The notes beneath the pieces were generated by a model that did no database searches, was not told the origin of the DNA, and worked only from the letters and a program-made list of their open reading frames with translations. A DNA stretch of 64,000 nt from the human T2T-CHM13v2.0 reference genome, Homo sapiens. The stretch lies in assembly GCF_009914755.1 (NCBI RefSeq), contig NC_060927.1. One strand, written 5' to 3'. Below are positions 56,876 to 64,000 of the stretch, piece after piece; position 1 is the stretch's first letter, and each line of letters begins with the position of its first letter. The position numbers and the translations under genes were made by a program.

Positions 56876-57322
56876 TGGCGCCTCACATGTAGTGAGGTCA
56901 ATAGTGTTTCCTGCTGTTATGTTTATTATTGTTACTAAAACCCTGATGGGACTAATCTCTAAGGAAGGAAGGATTCCCAGCTCCCAGATGGACCACGGGG
57001 GAGGTCTGAGGAATAGGGAGGGCTTGACTGTGAGCTTGACATGGGCATCCAGGCAGGCCTGGCCCTGCCCACACCTTCCCTCATGACTGTTCCAATTTGT
57101 CACTGTCACCCTGCCACCACAGTGTCCAGCTGGTGTTCCCAGCCAGTCTCCATCTTTCCCAAATGGATTCCAGGTTGGTGCCAGCAGCCTTAGTCCAGGG
57201 CTGGCCTCCATTTTCCCCTCCACTGCTGGCAGGTGGCCCTCTGGGAACAGGCCCCAGTGGTGGGCTGGCCAAGCCCTGACTTCTGCTGACAGCTGCTCCA
57301 GGAGGGATGGACATGACCTGGC

Positions 57323-57460
57323 TTTTTTTTTTTTTTTTTTTGTATTTTTTTGTAGAGACGAGGTTTTGCCATGTTGCCCCAACTCCTGAGCTCAAAGTGA
57401 TCCACCCGCCTCAGCCTCCCAAAGTGCTGGGATTACGGACATGAGCCACTGTGCCTGGCC
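57323..57460 (-). mobile_element. Alu monomer or left-arm fragment
   Basis: Poly-T followed by a reverse left monomer. Confidence 0.85.
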
Positions 57461-57762
57461 AAATTTTATGTTAAGTATGTTTTCTCATAATATTTTTAAA
57501 GTCCATGCTTGGAGCCTTTTGTGACCACGAGGCAGTGCAGAAGGCAACCCAGGACAGATCTGATTAGCCCTCAGCTACTTTGCAATTGAATCTCAGGTTC
57601 TGAGCTCCTGTGAGTAAAATCTGAATTCAAGTTAGTGCTCCGGAGCCCGGGAGCAACTGGAACTTTCCCACCATCTACCTGGTGAAGCATGGATTATCTT
57701 ATTTTAAAATTTCTATTCTTTATTTCTCATTTAAAGTGACGGCAATATATTAATATCATTTA

Positions 57763-58095
<333 letters not shown>

Positions 58096-59821
58096 AAAGA
58101 GGGTAGAATGAAGATATTCAGGTAGTTAAGGTTGGGAATCATTGTTTTAACTCTTCCTCTACTGTTTGCTGTTTTGGTTGCTCCAAAACTTTATAACTGC
58201 GTTATAACTGATACCCAGAGTCTGTCACTGTGGCCATCAACACAGCCCTGAGCTCTCAGTAGCTTATGACAGCAAGGATTAATTTCTTGGTCCTACTCAT
58301 GTCCACTGTGGGTTGGCAGAGGGAGAAGCGGCCTTTGTGGAGGATGCCTAATGGATGTGCAGTCCAACCTGATGTGGTGGGCTTTGCTCTGCAGTCTGTT
58401 CCTGTTTGTGTCTCTGTAGCTAAAGAAATCAACTCCTCTTTGAGCTTGCCCAAAAGGGGTCATTCCCACAAAGAACAGGGAACAAAGAGGAACTGTTGAT
58501 TTTGGAGGGGAGAAAAGGAAGGGAATTTTCATTACATACTCCCGTATTCTCCCCAAAGACGGGTCTCCACTCTGCCACGGAGGGTCCTCTTCCCCCTCCC
58601 TCCCCTCTTGCCACGTACCGGGCCCTCCTCTCTTTTCCACCTCCCTTAGGATTCTCCTTCCCTTTATTACCTGGAGCAAGTCTGTGGCCAGCCTTTGATT
58701 CTGAATGTCCCACCGCCCCAGCTTCACCACATCAGAATGTTCTAGGTAAATGCAAAGCTCTCTCTGGAAAGACTTCTGGTGAATTCCACTTCCTCACCCT
58801 ATCCCAGTTGGATGAAGTCAGATCAGCAGAGCACTAGAGCCCTGGATCCAGCGTGCTGCCACCCCATGCACACACTCCCTGCCCTGGTGAGCTGCTGGTA
58901 GTGGCGGAGGTTTAATGTGCATTCAGTCACACTGGGGAAGGTCATAAGAAACAGCTGTGTGCAACTTGCCACCATATGAAGTCACATAAGACGGCAGTCA
59001 TTATATTATAAAACATTTTTAAGGAGGATTCATGAGATGGATTACTATCTCTATGAGAAGCAGTTATCTCTATGGGAAGCAGAAACACTGATTTGTTTCT
59101 GGCATCTGGACACCGTGAATGAGGTCACCAGTCAGGTGTCCTTGCACTCTCAGCAGCCAGAAAGCTCTGAGCTGAATTGTGGCCCAGCTTTAGAAGGGTA
59201 TGCAGTTTCACAGCCTGCAGTCTGGATACAACCACACTCCGGGTTTGACTCACCACCACTTTCCTCTCAGCCCCCGTTCACTCATGAATATTTTTGTTTA
59301 TTATACTTCTAAACCACCTTAAATGCTTCTGTTAACATGGCGAGACATAAACGTTCTCAAAGGCCACAAAAGCTTATAAAAGCTTATTTCCCACAGAATA
59401 GCCTGGCAGTGAGTCGCCCCGGGGGAGATGAGCCTCCATGATGTTGGACTCGGCTTCCTCCATCGCGGGCAGCCGCACACCCCTCCTTCCCCCGGGTCCA
59501 AGTGCTGCCCACATCCGCGGGGTTGGGCAATGCCCATCGCCGTGTCACTGGGTCTGCTTCCAGCCAGCCCGGGGAGGGAAAGGAGGGCAACAGCATGACC
59601 CCCCTTCAGGGTGCATGTTGGAAACCGCACAGATCATTTGCAGCCAGATCCTGTTGACTAGAACTTGGTTCCATGACCAACACTTAGTGCAAAGTATGCT
59701 GGGAAATCCAGCCTTTCTTCTGGGCAGCCGTGTGCCCAGGTAAAATGCAGAGGTTATATGACTTAAGAAAGAAGGGGACAAAGAAAGGAAATTGGGGGAT
59801 AACGAAGTCTTATGTCCTTAC

Positions 59822-59950
59822 CTTACACTTTCAGGAGAATTATGGAAAGGGGAAGAAAGCTGGAAAGCTGGGTCCAGTCTCGCCCATCTGCACCAGAGGT
59901 CTCCAGCGTGACTGCAGTGGGCGCCCTGGCTAAAACCAAGCTCTGTTTGT
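59822..59950 (-). other. Candidate distal first exon of SLC41A3 (5' end unknown)
   Basis: Strong donor AAG|gtaagg at 59822; small CpG cluster at 59410-59580; fits my unverified recollection that SLC41A3 annotation reaches close to the ALDH1L1 3' end. Confidence 0.4.
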
Positions 59951-61977
59951 GTCTGAAAAGCAGGGAGAGGCACTTCCTGGCTCTGTTTGAGTTGGATGGG
60001 CCTGTGCTCGAGGCTTTGCCTGCTCTTCTGTCACGAAGGATGTTTACGGGGAAGCCAGGACTGACCCTATGGAGACACCAGGCTGGCTTCCACCTCTTGT
60101 TGGGAGGAGTGTGAGCGGCCCGGCTGTGGGCTGAGAGGCAGCTGCATGTGCTTGGATGCTGCCGTGGATACCCCAGCCCTGGTAGTGTTTGAGGCAGAAC
60201 AAAGGGAACTCAGGAAGCGGTTGACATGGACTCATCTGTTCTGGTATAAGTGGCGCGTGCTAGGGCAAGTCCCACCGCTAGGGACGGGAACAGCTTCTCT
60301 CCGGGAAGCTGCCATCTCCAGCACCAGGCATTGTGGTAGAAGACCAATTCTGAGCTAGGAACAGAGCCCAGAAGGCTTTAAGCAGAAGTGAAGGCACATT
60401 CTTTTCTGTCTGGAGGCAGCAAGATGTGAGGCTGGACATGCCAGGAGCACTCCGGGGTCTGAGCCGACCCTGCCGCAGAAGGCAGGTGGGAAGTGGGAAA
60501 AAGGAGGCTCCCGGGGGGCCTGGCTTGGGCCTGGGCTTCAGGCTCTGAGGAACTGCACAGAGTGGGAGTTGGTGGGTTTCTCCTGGACTTCTAGAAAGGC
60601 CTGTGAGCTCAGCCTGACTCCAGCAGTGCACGGGGCATCACCAGCAAGGCCTGCTTTGGTGGGGTGGCCATGGGAGAGTAGAGCCTCCCCTATGGTGGGT
60701 GTGGGTGCCCAGGAGCACAGCCACCTCTGCCAGGCCACCCCCAGCCAAGGCCTATTCCGGGAGACTCGGCACCTGGGAGGGGTGAGTTCCTCTACAGGCA
60801 GAGGGAGCTTCAACGTCCTCCTAACTTGGGAAGTAAGGGGAATACAATTTCACAGTAGCTGTGCAGCCTTGGGCAGTTAGATGTCTCTTTGCCTCCATTT
60901 CCTCATTTATAAATGTTGATAAAAATACCTCCTGCCTCCCTGGGATCATGAGTAGCAAGAGAAACATGCATGGAGGATTTGGATTCTTGCCTGGCATCGA
61001 GCTGGGGCTCAAGGGACAGAAGTGTAGCCAGTATGGAGCTTGGCACTGCCTGTTGTTATTGCTGCTGGCAGCCTTCGAAAGGCGGGGTCTGGACAGGCCT
61101 TTATGGAAGCACACACTTCCAAGAAGAGCAGGAATCATAAAGGAAAGCAGGGCAGGGAATCCCTGAGGAGACGGGGAACTCACAGGCCTCTGAAGGGCAG
61201 CATGCCACACAGAGAGGCCTGAAGATGTTCCCAGACATGCAGAGGCTGGGCCTGGAGCTCTCAGCATGGCCTGGGCCTGTGGGAGGGACAGAGGGGCCTG
61301 CAGTGGGCCTGTGGGACCCAGAGGGGCAGAGCCAGGTGGGTGGGGAGATGAGATGCTAAGAAGAGAGCTCCATGTGGGGAAACTGAGGTAACAGCAGGTA
61401 GGTCAGGTTGCAGTGTTTGGTGCCTATAGGATGTGGGTGCAGAGAGGAGGGCCGCAAGCTCCTACAGGGAGAGGGCACAGGAAAGAGAGCTATAGCTCAG
61501 GTCCCTGGGCCAAGGAGAAGCCATAAAGGTACATAGGAGACACCGTGTCAGATGGAAGACAGCTCTGCCTGGCATTCCCAGCTGGGCCCAGCCCTCCACT
61601 GCAGGCCCTCGGGCTGGCTACCAGCTGAGAGCACGGCCGTGCTGACAGAGCAGGGGCGAGGGCCCGGCCCCATCTGCTGAGGGAGTCTGAGCTGCTTCCC
61701 AGTCCAGGGCTCACCCAGCTCAATCCCTGTCTTCCCACCTGTTTCCCAGGGGTTACCCTTCCAAACCTCCTGCAGCCCTGACTGTCGCAGCTTCTGCTCT
61801 TTGGGGCCTGAGATGACCCACGCCCATTTCCTCCTGTCTCTCTCCCCAGGTGTCTGGCTCTCCCAGGCCAAGCAACACCATCATACCCAGGTGATTGCGC
61901 AACTTCCAGGCCCACCCAGGAACACCCACAGGTGGAGCAGAGAAACGCAGAGATGTGGACGGTCTCTCTTCAGAAGC

Positions 61978-61983
61978 TTTATT
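61978..61983 (-). terminator. ALDH1L1: ALDH1L1 polyadenylation signal AATAAA
   Basis: tttatt on the plus strand ~200 nt past the stop, followed on the minus strand by GT-rich sequence (ctgtgggtgt). Confidence 0.85.
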
Positions 61984-62183
61984 CTCCCTGGGAGGGGCAC
62001 ACCTCACCCAGCCAAGGGCTGCTTCTGACTGGACAGAGGGCGTCCAAGATGCAGACATGGTGTGCAGGCAGGAGGGCTTCCACTAGCCCCCCAGGTGGGA
62101 GGTGCTGTGCACCCAGGCTCAAGAGGGAGGGGGCCCCAGCCACGAGGGAGGGGCAGGGACTTTCTTCTCACAAAGACCTTTCT

Positions 62184-62239
62184 TCAGTATTCGAAGGTCA
62201 CTGTCTTGACCCGCAGGTACTCGTTCAGAGCCGCCTCTC
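62184..62239 (-). CDS. ALDH1L1: ALDH1L1 (10-formyltetrahydrofolate dehydrogenase) last coding exon: (G)EAALNEYLRVKTVTFEY*
   Basis: Acceptor gtgtcttacag|, phase 1; recognised ALDH1L1 C-terminus; TGA at 62184-62186. Too short for the ORF track. Confidence 0.95.
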
Positions 62240-64000
62240 CTGTAAGACACCACAAAGGTCACAGCAGCTCCCACCACAGGCAGGGCACTGCTCGGGGCTG
62301 CAAGTGTCTTATTCCTCAGCAACCACGTGGGGGCAGCTCTGGCTCACCCCACTTCCAGGTGAGAAGTCGAGGCCCAGCGAGGTCATGAATCTTACCCAGG
62401 TTATCCCTGGCAGTGGATAGCGGGCCAGGACTCCCCAGAATACAAAGCCAATCTGAGGCAGCCATTTAAGAATCTTCCCCAGCTCCCACCGCCTTGTCTG
62501 GACAGTGGGAAGCCCCTTCAGGTGGAAGGGGGTGGAGAGACTTGGCGTTACTGCCCAGACTCACTGGCCCATCTCTTCTCTCATGGCTGCCCCCAGCTAC
62601 GTCTGCATCAAGCTGTGGCTGGGAAAAGGGGATGCCTCGCAGGGCCCTGAGGCCCCAGGCCTTGGCAGTGCTATGTGGCTGGTGCATCTCAGCCCCATGA
62701 CAAGTGTGAGGCCTGGGGCTGCCTGACAGCTCCCCAGCAGCTCTGGCTGGCCCCAGGAGTGGCACTGCCCCGTCCCTCTGAGGTCCTGAGTCTGCCCAGG
62801 CAGGCTGCTTGGAAGGCTTGGCTTGTGGGCCTGTCCCAGGAGGGTGCTGGTCCTCTCAGCAGGACATGGGGACTAGGGTTAGGAGGGAGCTGGGGGAACT
62901 CGGGCAGGATTCATAAGGGGCCCAGATCACGTCCTGGGGACTTGGCAGCCACAGCCTTCCCTGGGTGGCCATGGGCCTCATGGATTCCCCTGGTGGACAC
63001 CAGGAAGGTGGCCTGGGAGAAGGCAGGAAGAGGAGGCCGACAGGGACAGAGGAAGCAGGAGTGTCCAGCCTACACATGCGTGCATGTGAGTCCAGCCCTG
63101 TGGGCACACATGGGCCCCTCTCATGGGTACCCTTGGGGGCTTCTGCAGGGCTTGAAAGATGGGGGCAGGGGGAGGAGAGAAAACTGGAAACAGTGACCAG
63201 CCTTTGACCCCCAGCCTCAGCATGACCTTCCCTGTGGTCTCTGGGCTGGCACAGGAGCCTGGAGAGACAGGTGGGACCTCTGAGACAGCATATGGCTTCC
63301 CCGGACCTTGCCAGCCACCCTTGCCAAGCTTGCCCATCAGACCTGTCTAGTCCCCCCTGCTGAGAGAGCAGGACGAGGCCCAAGGCTTGGAGCAGCCCAG
63401 GGAGAGAGGGCCGGAGCAGAACTCCACGCCACCCAGCAGGCAGAGCACTGGGGAGCCTGTGCTGTGTGCCGGGGGACCCCGCCTGCTGCCGCCTGAGTAA
63501 CTTCACCTCTACTGGGAGACTTGCAACACCCGTGGTGTTCACCCGGGGGTACATTTGGTCCCATGGCTCCTCTTTACACTAAGGATGCAACCTGAGCCCC
63601 TGACCATGGCCCATGGGCCTTCAATCTGGCCCCTACCTGCCTCTCAGGCCTTCTCTCCTCCCTCCTGCTCCCCCTTGGCCCACTCCCACCACTCTGGCCT
63701 CTCTGCAGCTCCACGACCAAAGCTGGTTCCCCCAAGGACCTGCTGAACCCTCAGCCAGAAACACGGGCCCCTGGGTCTTCACGGCCAACTCCTCCCTGCT
63801 ATGCAGGTCTGGGTAGCACAGGTGCCACCACACCAGAGAGGCCCCCAGTGCCTCCTGGCGGGAGTGTCTCCTCCAGGCCCCTCTTCTTGCCTTCTTCCCA
63901 GCACGACACCCCTCTGCAAGCATCTTGCTCACGGACTTGTCACAAGTTCCCTCCCAGTAAGAAGCGAACCCTGACAGCCATCATGTTCAAGGCTACGTCC

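Noticed and set aside
56753-57382. 209-aa ORF
   Set aside because: Starts in an Alu and ends in an MLT1 LTR; a chance open frame.
62466-63932. Several 100-232 aa ORFs as further ALDH1L1 exons or a new gene
   Set aside because: No ALDH-like peptide. This is GC-rich last-intron sequence, and the preceding exon must lie beyond the window. An antisense lncRNA here cannot be supported from sequence alone.

Overview
This is human (or near-human primate) genomic DNA, not prokaryotic. It contains the 5' part of SLC41A3 (MgtE-family Mg2+ transporter, minus strand): a CpG-island promoter and first exon near 42.5 kb, the ATG exon at 26362-26661, an alternative N-terminal exon at 14734-14928 and the next exon at 9319-9426. 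It also contains the last exon and poly(A) signal of ALDH1L1 (minus strand, near 62 kb). Most of the rest is transposon-derived: old L1s, Alus, MLT1/MaLR LTRs, MITEs, a decayed ERVL, a solo LTR22-type LTR, a MER4-group provirus, and a three-level nest of MER4 LTR > MER50-like LTR > HML-3 provirus with all target-site duplications (TSDs) readable. I found no evidence of a new multi-gene system. The best leads are a duplicated-TM1 alternative exon, a possible non-AUG Arg-rich N-terminal extension of SLC41A3, a two-template insertion in an L1, and a MADE1 hairpin with matched changes in both arms. Repeat subfamily names come from recalled consensus sequences and need RepeatMasker/Dfam confirmation. 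Repeat boundaries without a quoted TSD are approximate.
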